64,000 bases of DNA from Vulcanimicrobiota bacterium (GCA_963812135.1 CAWETU010000001.1:1728001-1792000), one strand, 5' to 3'. Positions 49,578 to 59,834 are shown, counted from the first letter of the stretch. Translations and numbers: made by a program. The notes: generated by a model from the letters alone, not told the origin.

Positions 49578-51436
49578 ATGCAACCGATCTCGTCGCGTTG
49601 GAACACCGATGTCTTGCTCGCCGACGGGGCGATGGGCACGCTGCTGCTCGACCGCGCGCCAGCCACGACGACATGCGTCGAGCGGCTCAACCTCGACCAC
49701 CGCGAGCTGGTGGCGCGCGCGCACGCCGAGTACGTCGCGGCCGGCGCCCAGTCTGATCGAATCGAACACGTTCGCGGCCAACCGCCTCAAACTCGCCGCC
49801 CACGAACTGCGCGAGCATCTGCTCGAGATCAACACGGCGGGCGTGCGCCTTGCGCGCGAGGCCGCAGGCGATAAGGCCTATGTCGCCGGCTCGATCGGCC
49901 CGCTTGGCGCGCTGATGCGGCCACTGGGACTTGTCGAGCATGGCGAAGCAAGCGAGGTGTTCGCAGAACACATCGCCGCGGTCGCAGGCGCCGCACCCGA
50001 TCTTCTTCTGCTCGAAACGTTCGGCAGCGTCGAAGAAGCGCTGCTCGCACTGGCGGAGGCCAAGCGTATCGCGCCGTCGCTGCCCGTGGTCGTTTCGCTC
50101 TCGGTGCTCGAAGACGGCAAGACCCCAGGTGGCGATCCATTGCTTCCTGCGCTGCGCCGGCTGCGTGCCGAAGGCGCCGACGCGCTCGGCATCAACTGCG
50201 CGGTGGGACCGCAAGGCGTGTTCGACGTGCTCGCGCCGGTCATCGCGCACATCGACGTCCCCGTCTTCGTCATGCCTAACGCCGGCTATCCGCATCGCAT
50301 CGACGATCGCGCGGTCTATCAATCATCGCCGGAATATTTCCGCCGTTTCGCCCGCGATTTCGTCGCGTTGGGCGCAAACGTCATCGGCGGTTGCTGCGGC
50401 ACGACACCCGCACACATCGCGGCCATGCGGCCCGAAGTCGAGGGCAAACGCGTCCAGCCGCGCGCGCCGCGCGCGCCTGCCGGCGTGGAAGAACGGCGTC
50501 CGCCTGAAGCCGCGCGCGTCGTGCTGCCGACGCAGCGCGCGCTCACGGCATTCGAGCGCAAGCTTGGCAACGAGTTCGTGACCACGGTTGAAGTAGCGCC
50601 GCCGCGTGGCGTCGACTATGCGGCAGCCATCGCCGGGGCGAAGCTGCTCGAGGCCGCCGGCGCGGATGCGGTTGACATCTCGGACAATCCGACCGCCCGG
50701 TTGCGCATGTCGAGCACGGCGCTCGCGCACCTCATCATGCGCGAGACCGAGCTTGCCACGATCTTGCACTTCACCTGTCGCGACCGCAATCTCTTGGGAC
50801 TGCAAAGCGAGCTGCTCGGCGCAGCGGCATTGGGCGTCACCGCGATCCTGGCGCTGACCGGCGATCCGAGCAATGTCGGCGATTTCCCCAAGGCGACATC
50901 GGTCTTCGATGTCACCTCCGTCGGACTCACCGAGATCGTCAATTCGCTGAACCATGGCAAGGACCACGCCGGCACGGATGTCGGCTCCCCCACGCGCTTC
51001 CGCGTCGGCGTCGCGGTCAATCCGCTGGCGCGCGATCTCGACGTCGAGTTCAAGAAGTTCGACGAGAAGCTCGCGGCCGGCGCCGATTTCGCGATGACGC
51101 AGCCCATCTACGACGTCGCGGCGATCAAGCCGTTCCTCGATCGCATGGCCGCCTTGAAATTCCCCGTGCTCGTCGGCGTGCTGCTGCTGCGCAGTCTACA
51201 AGAACGCGGAGTTCTTGCACAACGAAGTGCCCGGCATGAGCGTGCCCGAGCACGTGCGCGAACGCATGCGCGGCGCGAAGGACCAACGCGGCGAAGGCAT
51301 CGCGCTCGCGCGCGATCTGCTATTGGAGCTGGCTCAGACGCCGGGCGCTGCCGGCGCGTACATCATCCCGCAGGATCGCTATGAGATGGCAGCCGAGGTG
51401 CTCGCCCAGTCGCAGCGCGCTCGAGCGACCGCTTAA
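49578..51436 (+). CDS. yitJ: bifunctional homocysteine S-methyltransferase / methylenetetrahydrofolate reductase, with two +1 frameshifts (near 49753 and 51196)
   Basis: LADGAMGT, GINC, GGCCGT, HFTCRDRN, TGDP, TQP, HNEVPG spread across three successive frames; AAGGAG RBS. Confidence 0.88.
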
Positions 51437-51555
51437 TACGTCAGATTAGAAACGGGTGAACTCCGAAGGCGTCTGGAACGAAGCCTTCCGAGTTCATCGT
51501 TAGTCCAAGCAACTGGCTCTCTCTTTTTATGTTACTCCCGCTTCTAGGAGAAACT

Positions 51556-52381
51556 ATGATGAGATCAATTGCAAAGGCTGCTATTCTACATTCTTTCGTC
51601 GCGATCGCGTTCTGCGCCGCGATGATTGCGATTGCCGCCGCGCCGGCTGCCGCGAAGTGTCCACCCGGGACCTTGCTGACCGAGGTCCACCGCAACATCG
51701 ACACCGGAAAACTCGTTCCCGGTTCCGGATCGACGCTGTGCTTGCAGTCCGGCAAGACGGCGCATCTGGTGGCCGACGCCTCGCTTTCCGCCCCCAAGGG
51801 CACGTATACGTTTCTGTTCTGGGATGTCTACGGCAAGCTCCATACCACACCCGGCGTGTCGGTCAAGACGTGGAAAAGCGAACCGGCTTTTAACGCCACC
51901 GCGTGGTATTTGTTCCAGCCGAAATGCCTGACGCCGCCCCTCTGCGGCGGCGGCAACACCAACGTCAGAACGCTCGGTTTCGAGGTAGACACGAACAAGC
52001 GGCTGCCGGGAACGCCGATCGCCTCGGTGACTCCAGCGACCAATGCTTGGAAGTCGCCGTCAGACGGTCGTGTACACGAATACGTCCGCCGTCACCATCA
52101 CCGCCACGAATCCGCTGGACTTCATCTACTGGAAGATATTTCCACCGAACCCAGCCGTGACCACCAAGAGCACGGTGCTCAGTGCCCCACTGAACGCCGA
52201 AGTTCTCTTAGCGATCGCGTTTTACGGACCGAATCCGTGCCCTCAAATCTCACCTCCCGGTCCAGGCGAGTTAGGGCCAGGGGCACGTCCCAGCTCATAC
52301 CGGCTGCGGCGAAATTACGACGCGGAGCTGTACACGGAATGCGTCGCCCGACATGGTGGCCCCGCCGCACCGGCGCCATGA
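51556..52381 (+). CDS. hypothetical secreted protein, one +1 frameshift near 52060
   Basis: AGGAG RBS and signal peptide; reading continues ..AWKSP/QTVVYTNTS in the next frame. Confidence 0.6.
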
Positions 52382-52388
52382 GTCGAGG

Positions 52389-52805
52389 ATGAAACAGATC
52401 GCACTATCCGTGCTCGGGGGCTTGCTCGCGAGCGTGCTTGCGGCAAGCCCCGCAACCGCGATCACCTACACGTGGACTCTCGGCAAGCCATACGAAATCG
52501 TCGCGTATCAGGTCGGCGGTGGCGTCATCACGATCGCCACTGCCGTCGTACTGTGCAAGCAAACCGCGCTTGTCTTGGATAATACCAAGCCATTCGTGTA
52601 CGACTTCAAGATAGGAACGCCCAAAGGCATTTTGTGCGCGTGGGGAGTGACGAGCACCCCGCCCTACAGCGCACCGATCGCCTCGTACTACCAGACCGGC
52701 ACGCCGGCGATCGTGAAAGTGCACACGAGTACCGGCATCATGACGGTCAACGTCCAACCCGCGCCGCCGACATCACCGACGTTGGGGCATCTGCCCTTCC
52801 ACTAG
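52389..52805 (+). CDS. hypothetical secreted protein
   Basis: Signal peptide MKQIALSVLGGLLASVLAASPATA. Confidence 0.65.
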   Translation: MKQIALSVLGGLLASVLAASPATAITYTWTLGKPYEIVAYQVGGGVITIATAVVLCKQTALVLDNTKPFVYDFKIGTPKGILCAWGVTSTPPYSAPIASYYQTGTPAIVKVHTSTGIMTVNVQPAPPTSPTLGHLPFH

Positions 52806-53257
52806 GACTGGTCGAGACGCCGCTGCTCTGCAGCGGCGTCGAGCGCGGCGTTCACGAGTTTGTCCGCGAGCTGATTCTGCTCGCGCCGCACGTGCGTGAC
52901 GTTCGCGACGTCGAACTGGCGCAACAAGTGGCGCGCTTTGGCGTGCAGCGGTATGATCTTGGCGTCTTTGACGCGGTACTGACCGTTCAGCTGGCGCACG
53001 ATCAGCTCGCTGTCCATACAGATGTCCGCCTCACGGCAGCCTTCGTCGATCGCGCGTTGCAGCGCGAGCAGCAGCGCGCGATATTCCGCGACGTTGTTCG
53101 TCGCGACGCCGAGATACTCGCTGATCTCCACGATAACGCGACCGTCATCGGCGAGGATCACCGCGCCGGCGGCAGCGGGTCCCGGGTTGCCGCGCGCACC
53201 GCCATCGGTGTAGATGACGCAATGCGACGTATGTCCCGGCTCAGATGCCGCGCTCAT
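52802..53257 (-). CDS. rnhA: ribonuclease HI
   Basis: YTDGGARGNPG, TNNVAEY, DSELI, HVRREQNQLADKL. Confidence 0.93.
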   Translation of the reverse strand: MSAASEPGHTSHCVIYTDGGARGNPGPAAAGAVILADDGRVIVEISEYLGVATNNVAEYRALLLALQRAIDEGCREADICMDSELIVRQLNGQYRVKDAKIIPLHAKARHLLRQFDVANVTHVRREQNQLADKLVNAALDAAAEQRRLDQS

Positions 53258-53355
53258 GCGAGGCACTTATCGCCGCGCGAGCGCAATACCCCCGAAGTGC
53301 TTGTGACGGTTGCTCGCCAGGTCGCGCGAGCGGTCGAGTCGTATAACGTTAGGCT

Positions 53356-53931
53356 ATGTTGAAACGTCTGCGCGCTACTGTTTTTTTCGCCCTGATCGCT
53401 GGAGCGGTCATCGCCGCTTGGGCCTCGGGCTCGGTCACGGCGGCCATCGCGGCGCCGCCCGCATCCTCACCGACGCCGACGCCCGTACCGACGCCGTTCA
53501 TGGAGCTCGCGCTCATCCCCAACGGCACGTGGCAGATCATCATCCAAGAGCGCGACATCCAGTATTCGAAGATGACGCTCAAGGCGGTAGGCAACGGGAT
53601 CACCGGGACCTGGAGTCCTGACAAACATACAAACTACTTCGTGAGCGGGATTCGCGACGGCGCCCGCCTGAAGCTCGACCTGAAGACGTCCGCTGCTCCC
53701 GACGCTCCGGTCGTCGGCAAGATCGACGCGACGCTTGACGGCATCGCCGACATGTTCGGAACGATCACCATCAACGGCGTCGATAAGCCGTTCCAAGGCG
53801 CGCAGCACTCGCGCGTGCCCCCGCCTGTCGACTCTGCAAGTCCGGCGCCCGGACAAGGCGGCCAGCCCGGCGGCCAACAGCCAGGCGGCTCGTATCCGGG
53901 TCAACCGGGCCAACCCGGCTATCCGCACTAA
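53356..53931 (+). CDS. hypothetical secreted protein with PGQ-rich tail
   Basis: Signal peptide, PTPTP linker; TATAAC 8 nt before the ATG. Confidence 0.75.
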   Translation: MLKRLRATVFFALIAGAVIAAWASGSVTAAIAAPPASSPTPTPVPTPFMELALIPNGTWQIIIQERDIQYSKMTLKAVGNGITGTWSPDKHTNYFVSGIRDGARLKLDLKTSAAPDAPVVGKIDATLDGIADMFGTITINGVDKPFQGAQHSRVPPPVDSASPAPGQGGQPGGQQPGGSYPGQPGQPGYPH

Positions 53932-53940
53932 GGGGCAGGC

Positions 53941-54300
53941 GTGAACAGCACCAGCAGCAATAGCGCCGACCAAGCCGCGGCGGCGATCGCCGCCATGGGC
54001 GCCATCGCCTTCGCCGTCTTCGGACTCGTCTTGCTCGTGCTCATCGCGTTCAGCGTCTGGATCTATTGGAGAATCGCGGTGAAGGCCGGATATCCGGGCG
54101 CGTATAGCCTGCTCTTGCTCGTGCCGGTGCTCAACTTCGTCTTGCCCATCGCGTTCGCGTTCGTGGATTGGCCGCTCGAAGTCGAAAATCGGCGCCTGCG
54201 CGTAGCGCTCGGCATCAGCAAGATGCCGCCGGAGGCGCCGCCCATGCCGCCCGACAATCCGCCGTATCCGCTGGTACCTCCGACGGGCTCCGCACCATAA
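53941..54300 (+). CDS. small membrane protein
   Basis: WRIAVKAGYPG..LLLVPVLN..AF..WP pattern, TM segments. Confidence 0.75.
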   Translation: MNSTSSNSADQAAAAIAAMGAIAFAVFGLVLLVLIAFSVWIYWRIAVKAGYPGAYSLLLLVPVLNFVLPIAFAFVDWPLEVENRRLRVALGISKMPPEAPPMPPDNPPYPLVPPTGSAP

Positions 54301-54332
54301 GAAAAAACCGCCGTTGCTTTCGCAGCGGCGGT
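54301..54332 (-). terminator. rho-independent terminator of the pha cluster
   Basis: Minus strand ACCGCCGCTGC-GAAA-GCAACGGCGG followed by a T6 run. Confidence 0.85.
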
Positions 54333-54347
54333 CTCGCTTCTCGTCTT

Positions 54348-54372
54348 TGTAGCGGTCGAATTTATTCGACCG
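54348..54372 (+). repeat. intergenic GTAG-type REP-like element
   Basis: TGTAG-CGGTCGAA-TTTA-TTCGACCG, abutting the phasin stop codon; reverse complement of the kgd repeats. Confidence 0.85.
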
Positions 54373-54696
54373 TTAGTTGTTGTGCTTGCCGGCCTTGACG
54401 GTCGCGCGCGTCGCGTCGATGGCTTGCTTCTGCGCGGTCTCGATCAGCTCGGCGACCTTCAGGGTGTAGGCCTTGCGGATCTCGAGGAACTTCTCGGCGA
54501 ACTCGAAGCTCTGCTCGATGACTTCCGACGGTGTCGGGAAGCCTTCGAACTTCGGCATCGCGGGAACGGTCGTCGGATAGCTCGCGGCGAGTTCGCGCAA
54601 CGATGTCATGCTCTTCAGGCTGGCATCCTGGGCCTCTTTGATCTGCGTCAAAACGTCTTCTTGGACTTTGTTGAAGTATTCGGTGTATGTCGGCAT
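54373..54696 (-). CDS. putative phasin / granule-associated protein
   Basis: Small helical protein PTPSEVIEQSFEFAEKFL at the end of the pha cluster; strong promoter and AAGGAG RBS. Confidence 0.7.
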   Translation of the reverse strand: MPTYTEYFNKVQEDVLTQIKEAQDASLKSMTSLRELAASYPTTVPAMPKFEGFPTPSEVIEQSFEFAEKFLEIRKAYTLKVAELIETAQKQAIDATRATVKAGKHNN

Positions 54697-54733
54697 GATG
54701 GTGGCTCCTTTTGCAGCGTTAATGCTTGTGCTA

Positions 54734-54763
54734 AGTATACCAAGCACGTGCTGTGTGTGTCAA
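54734..54763 (-). promoter_or_regulatory. sigma-70 promoter of the phasin-like gene
   Basis: TTGACA-18-TATACT, overlapped by TGCT/AGCA palindromes. Confidence 0.8.
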
Positions 54764-54807
54764 GTGCCACGATGCGGGACAGGATGGGAAGGGAGCGACT
54801 TTGGTCT

Positions 54808-55161
54808 TTACCGCTCGGTGAAGCCTTTGTAGATGCGGATGAGCGTCTCTTTTTGATCCTGGCTGAGCTGCGGATCGAGCTTGATCGCAGACTCGACGCC
54901 ATGCGGCGCCGCGTTCTTGCTGTCCTCGTCGAGGAGGCCGGCTTGGCCATACATCGTCTCGGCGGACATGTGCAGCGCGTTGGCGAGGTTCTTCAACACT
55001 TCTGCTGAGGGCTTGTAAAGCCCGCGTTCGACCTGGCTGAGATACGGGTTGGACACTTTGGCGAGATCGGCGAGCTGCCGCAGCGAGAGATTCGCAAGTT
55101 CGCGCTGCGCCTTGATGAACTCTCCGAGGCTCTTCCACACCGCGTCGTCGCGCGTGCTCAT
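54808..55161 (-). CDS. XRE-family HTH regulator (Rv0474/MLDSR-like)
   Basis: LGEFIKAQRELANLSLRQLA..VSNPYLSQVERGLYKPSAEVL. Confidence 0.9.
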   Translation of the reverse strand: MSTRDDAVWKSLGEFIKAQRELANLSLRQLADLAKVSNPYLSQVERGLYKPSAEVLKNLANALHMSAETMYGQAGLLDEDSKNAAPHGVESAIKLDPQLSQDQKETLIRIYKGFTER

Positions 55162-56984
55162 TTGGCGGCTCTACGCGATTTCGATCTTGCCGTGCGCGCC
55201 TCGGCGGTGTGCGCTTGAGCCGCACGCGGCTTGATCGCTTGCGCTTTTGGACGAACGCGGCCAGCGCTTGGCTTGCCGTTCGTGCCGAAAGCTGCGCCGG
55301 TCTCATTTCGCACGTACAGGCCGGGCGCGGGTTCGCCTTGGGGAAGCTTGGCGGGCGCACGCAGCGCTCCGGCGTGCCGCTCCACCCATGCGGCCCAATC
55401 GTTCCACCAACTGCCCTCGTGACGCTTTGCCGATTCGCGCCATGCTTGCGGACTCTCGCCTTTGACCGCGCGCGGTTTGGTCCAATACTGCGACTTCGGG
55501 TTGCCCGGCGGATTGACGATGCCGGCGACGTGCCCGGAGTTCGACAGGGTGTACTTCGATTCACCGCCGACGTATTGCGTCGTCGCGTAGCTCGCCTGCC
55601 ACAGCGCGATGTGGTCGGACTCGGCGCCGAGCACGTACAGCGGTGTGCGGATCTTGCCGAGGTCGATCTTCGCGCCGCAAATCGCAAACGCGCGCGGTTT
55701 GACGATCGCGTTGTGCAAGTAGCAGGCGCGCAGGTATTGCGAATGCATGACCGCGGGCATGCGCGTGCTATCGCCATTCCATGCGAGGATGTCGAACGCG
55801 GGCGGACTCTTGCCCATGAACCAATTGTTGACGACGTAGCTCCAGATCAGGTCGTTGGAGCGCAGCGAGTTGAACGTGCCTGCCATCTCGCCCGCCTCAA
55901 GGTATCCGCGCTCCGCCATGCGCGCCTCGAGTTTGCTCACCGACGCTTCGTCGGTGAAGACGCCAAGGTCGCCAGGGAGGGAAAAGTCGACCAGCGTGTT
56001 CGTGGTCGCGGCGCTGTTGACGCGCCCGGCCTTGCCGATGGCGGCCAAGTATGCGAGTGCGATGACGACCATCGTGCCGCCCAGACACAGGCCGGCGAGG
56101 TTGGTCTTCTTGCTACCGGTGATGCGCTCGACCACATCGAGCGCGGTGAGCAGCCCTTTCTCGAGGTAATCGTCCATGGTGTATTTCGCCATGGTCTCGT
56201 CGGGGTTGCGATAGCTGATCATGAAGGTCTGGTGGCCGTGGCGCACCGCCCATTCGACGAACGAACGACCCGGCGCAAGATCCATGATGTAGAATTTGTT
56301 GATCCAGGGCGGACTGCACAGCAGCGGTATGGCGTGCACCTTGGCCGTCTGCGGTTCGTACGCGATCAGTTCGATGAGATCGTTGCGGAAGACCACGCGG
56401 CCCGGCGTCGCCGCCATGTTCGTGCCGAGTTTGAATCCCGACGTGTCGACCTGGCGCGGTTGGCCGCCGTTGTTCTTCACATCGTCGAGGTAGTTCTGCA
56501 TACCGCGCATCAGACTCGCGCCGCCGGTGTTCATCGCTTCCTTGATCACCGCCGGGTTCATCCACGGCACGTTGCTGGGCGCGAGCGCATCCATCATCAG
56601 ACGGATGGCGAAGCGGGCCTTGTTTCGCGTCGCCTCGGGCAAGCGCGACGCATCGACGAGATCGAGCGCGGCGCGCGAACGCACGAAGTAGTCTTCGAGC
56701 GCGCCGAAAAGGAACGGATTGGTCTTCCAGGCGGGATCGGTGAAGCGCTTGTCGTCGTGCGGCATGGTGATGACCGGATCGGGGTTCTCGCCCTGCATGC
56801 GTCGCAGCGTGTTCAGACCGACGGTCTGCTCGGCGATCGACAAGCCGCCGAGCCACGTCGTCAGCAGCGCGGGATTGAGCATCACATCAGCCGCGACCGC
56901 GCGCAACGCATCGTTGAGGGATGCCGGATCGATGCCGGCGATATCCATGCCGTAGTCGAGTTCTTCGGGTGGAATATTCGTCAC
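55158..56984 (-). CDS. phaC: polyhydroxyalkanoate synthase (class I/II type)
   Basis: PPWINKFYIMDL, lipase box GLCLGG, DHI, SGHVAGIVNPP, GSWW. Confidence 0.95.
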   Translation of the reverse strand: MTNIPPEELDYGMDIAGIDPASLNDALRAVAADVMLNPALLTTWLGGLSIAEQTVGLNTLRRMQGENPDPVITMPHDDKRFTDPAWKTNPFLFGALEDYFVRSRAALDLVDASRLPEATRNKARFAIRLMMDALAPSNVPWMNPAVIKEAMNTGGASLMRGMQNYLDDVKNNGGQPRQVDTSGFKLGTNMAATPGRVVFRNDLIELIAYEPQTAKVHAIPLLCSPPWINKFYIMDLAPGRSFVEWAVRHGHQTFMISYRNPDETMAKYTMDDYLEKGLLTALDVVERITGSKKTNLAGLCLGGTMVVIALAYLAAIGKAGRVNSAATTNTLVDFSLPGDLGVFTDEASVSKLEARMAERGYLEAGEMAGTFNSLRSNDLIWSYVVNNWFMGKSPPAFDILAWNGDSTRMPAVMHSQYLRACYLHNAIVKPRAFAICGAKIDLGKIRTPLYVLGAESDHIALWQASYATTQYVGGESKYTLSNSGHVAGIVNPPGNPKSQYWTKPRAVKGESPQAWRESAKRHEGSWWNDWAAWVERHAGALRAPAKLPQGEPAPGLYVRNETGAAFGTNGKPSAGRVRPKAQAIKPRAAQAHTAEARTARSKSRRAAK

Positions 56985-57736
56985 ATGTACAATCCGCCGT
57001 TGACGTCGTACACCGCGCCGGTGATATAGCCCGACGTGTCGTCGAGCAGAAAACGGACGACGCGCGCCACTTCTTCGGGCTGGCCGAGGCGCCGTTCCGG
57101 GGATTTTTGGATCGCCGCGTCGAGGGCGGCCTTTGGCATGGCGGCGACCATGTCCGTATTGATGAAACCGGGCGCCACCGCGTTGACCGTGATGCCGCGC
57201 GACGCGACCTCAAGCGCGACCGTCTTGGTCAATCCCATGACGCCGGCTTTGGACGAAGCGTAGTTCGCCTGGCCGACGTTGCCGGTGTGCCCGACGACCG
57301 ACGAGATGTTCACGATGCGGCCGTACTGGCGCTCGACCATGTGGTCGAGCACGGCTTTGATCATAAAAAACGGCCCCGACAGATTGACCGCCAGGACCGC
57401 TTGCCATTCTTCGACCGTCATCTTGCGGACCGTGTGATCCGCCGTGATGCCGGCGTTGTTGACGAGGAAATCGATCTTGCCGTAGTGCGCCCGGACCTCG
57501 TCGACGACACCCTTGCAGATGTCGTAGTGCGCCACGTTGCCCTCCCGGAACGACACCCGATGCGCGGCGCCGTTGAGCGATGCGCGCAGCGATTCGGTGC
57601 GTTCGCGGTCTGATGAGAGACCCATCACCACGACCGTGGCACCGTCGGCGGCAAGCAATTGCGTGATCGCAGCGCCGATGCCCCGCGCGCCGCCCGTCAC
57701 GATTCCAACCCTATTTTCAAGCGTGGAAGTTGTCAT
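56981..57736 (-). CDS. phaB: acetoacetyl-CoA reductase (SDR)
   Basis: TGGARGIG, NNAGIT, GQANYASSK, VNGGLYM; overlaps phaC start. Confidence 0.85.
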   Translation of the reverse strand: MTTSTLENRVGIVTGGARGIGAAITQLLAADGATVVVMGLSSDRERTESLRASLNGAAHRVSFREGNVAHYDICKGVVDEVRAHYGKIDFLVNNAGITADHTVRKMTVEEWQAVLAVNLSGPFFMIKAVLDHMVERQYGRIVNISSVVGHTGNVGQANYASSKAGVMGLTKTVALEVASRGITVNAVAPGFINTDMVAAMPKAALDAAIQKSPERRLGQPEEVARVVRFLLDDTSGYITGAVYDVNGGLYM

Positions 57737-57787
57737 GGCTGCTAGGTTCACCTAGCGGGTGCTATGTTCCCCTTTGGCGCTTGTACG

Positions 57788-58528
57788 CTACATATCAAGG
57801 CCGCCGTTGACCGTGTAGACGGCGCCCGTGACATACGCTGATTCATCGTCGATCAAGAAACGCACGACGCGCGCCACTTCGCCCGGGCTGCCGAGCCGCC
57901 GCATCGGGATGCGTTCGATCACCTTGTCGAGCGCCGCCTTTGGTATCGCCGCGACCATTTCGGTCTCGATAAATCCAGGCGCGACGCAATTGACCGTGAT
58001 GCCGCGCTGCGCCATTTCCAGCGCAAGACTCTTGCTGAAACCGAAGAGGCCGGCCTTGGACGCCGCGTAGTTCGCCTGGCCGACGTTTCCGGTCTCACCG
58101 ATGACCGAACTGATGTTGACGATGCGGCCGCTGCCCCGTTCGATCATGTGCTCGAGCACCGCTTTGACCATGTGAAACGCCCCGAACAGATTGACGGCGA
58201 GCACCTGCTGCCATTCGTCTTCGGTCATGCGCCGGACGGTCTTGTCGAGCGTGATGCCGGCGTTATTGATGAGGTAGTCGACGCGCCCGTGCGCGTCGAG
58301 CACTTCCTTGACCACTCGCGCGCAATCTACTGGATCGTCGACCCGGCCCTGATGCACGGTGATGGACCTGCCGTCTTTGCGCAGCCGCTCCTGGAACAAG
58401 TCGGCGCCTTCTTTTCCCTTGCTGTAGCCGGCGGCGACGTGCGCGCCGTCCTTCGCGAGCTGCGCGGCGATCGCGCCACCGATGCCGCGCGTTCCGCCCG
58501 TCACGATGGCGACGCGTCCCTTCAACAC
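57788..58528 (-). CDS. phaB: acetoacetyl-CoA reductase (SDR), second copy
   Basis: TGGTRGIG, NNAGIT, GQANYAASK, VNGGLDM. Confidence 0.87.
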   Translation of the reverse strand: MLKGRVAIVTGGTRGIGGAIAAQLAKDGAHVAAGYSKGKEGADLFQERLRKDGRSITVHQGRVDDPVDCARVVKEVLDAHGRVDYLINNAGITLDKTVRRMTEDEWQQVLAVNLFGAFHMVKAVLEHMIERGSGRIVNISSVIGETGNVGQANYAASKAGLFGFSKSLALEMAQRGITVNCVAPGFIETEMVAAIPKAALDKVIERIPMRRLGSPGEVARVVRFLIDDESAYVTGAVYTVNGGLDM

Positions 58529-58610
58529 GTAAATGTCTCCCTTCCGAGAAATGTGTGCATTGCGGAGTTTGCGCCGGTCCTATGGTTCGACCTGCACAGC
58601 CGCGTGCCGC

Positions 58611-59039
58611 TTACGCGGTCCTCGCGTAGGTCACGATGTGCTGGGCCAGGGGTATGCCCGCGGCGTTCTCGCAACGCGCGGTCGCGTTGATGAGCCGGCG
58701 GCCGACTTTGGTGATCTGCGCCTGCGCATACAGCGTGCCGCCGACCAGCGGCGCGAGGAAGCTCGTGCTCATGTCGGACGTCACGGATGCGTCCTCCATC
58801 CCCAAGCGCGTCTTGATCGCGAGCCACACGGCGACATCGGCCGCGGTGATGAACACGAGCCCGGCGACGATACCGCCCGGCCGCTCGAACTCCGCATCGA
58901 ATGGCGCGCTCACGCGGCACGAGCCGTCACCGATGCTCTCAACGCGGAGCTTGAGCAGGCGTGTGAAGCGCGTTTCATCGAGCAGCCCTTGGAGCTGCTC
59001 GAGCGAGACGATAGGCGAACTCATACGCGCGTCCGGCAT
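58611..59039 (-). CDS. PaaI family thioesterase
   Basis: Hot-dog fold pattern GGIVAG..AADVA, TSFLAP, KVGRR; true start may be 59024. Confidence 0.82.
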   Translation of the reverse strand: MPDARMSSPIVSLEQLQGLLDETRFTRLLKLRVESIGDGSCRVSAPFDAEFERPGGIVAGLVFITAADVAVWLAIKTRLGMEDASVTSDMSTSFLAPLVGGTLYAQAQITKVGRRLINATARCENAAGIPLAQHIVTYARTA

Positions 59040-59086
59040 AGTAGTATAAGGATGAGCTGGTGGTTCGAATGGTGTATGTCATCGAC

Positions 59087-59827
59087 ATGCAGCTACAGGG
59101 ACATTCGGTACTGGTGACCGGCGGGGCCACCGGCATCGGCCTGGCGATCGCGGAGCGATTCCTCGAAGCCGGAAGCGATGTCATCATCTGCGGGCGGCGA
59201 GAAAGCGCGCTCCGCGAGGCGCAAGCGCGGCACCCGGCGCTGCACATCCGGGTGTGCGACCTGACGGAAGAAGCGCGGCGTGCAGCGCTGGTGGACTGGG
59301 CCCTCAAAGAACATCCCTCGCTCGACGTGCTGGTCAACAACGCAGGTATCCAGCAATGGCTCGATCTCAAGCAAGGCGTGGAGTGGGCGCGGGCGCATCA
59401 GGAGATAACGATCAATTTCGAAGCGCCCGTGCATCTCGCGTTGTTGCTGCTTCCACATTTGCGCGCGCAGCGGTTCCCTGCCATCATCAACGTCACGTCC
59501 GGTCTCGCGTTCGCGCCGCTCGCCCGTACGCCCATCTACAACGCCACGAAAGCCGCGATGCACTCATTCACGATCTCGTTGCGGCTGCAATTGGCGGACA
59601 CGCCGATCCGGGTGATCGAGCTGATCCCGCCCGCGCTGAACACCGATCTCGGCGGTCCCGGGCTGCACGATTGGGCCATGCCAGTCAAGGAATTCATCGA
59701 CGCTGCTTTTGCCAAGCTGCAGACGGACGACGATCGGGAGATCCCATATGCCTTCTCCGACGAAGCCAGCCATGCGTCGCGCGACGGACTCGATGAGATC
59801 ATCAAGCGCCTCAACACTCCCCACTAA
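59087..59827 (+). CDS. short-chain dehydrogenase (DltE-like)
   Basis: TGGATGIG, NNAGIQ, YNATKAA. Confidence 0.9.
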   Translation: MQLQGHSVLVTGGATGIGLAIAERFLEAGSDVIICGRRESALREAQARHPALHIRVCDLTEEARRAALVDWALKEHPSLDVLVNNAGIQQWLDLKQGVEWARAHQEITINFEAPVHLALLLLPHLRAQRFPAIINVTSGLAFAPLARTPIYNATKAAMHSFTISLRLQLADTPIRVIELIPPALNTDLGGPGLHDWAMPVKEFIDAAFAKLQTDDDREIPYAFSDEASHASRDGLDEIIKRLNTPH

Positions 59828-59834
59828 ACGGTAA

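Noticed and set aside
49578..51436. Programmed frameshifting or true pseudogene in yitJ
   Set aside because: No slippery heptamer, motifs otherwise intact, and the same +1 pattern recurs in unrelated genes, so sequencing error is more likely.
53845..53925. PGQ/GGQ peptide repeats
   Set aside because: Ordinary low-complexity protein tail with no nucleotide-level hairpin or fixed period.
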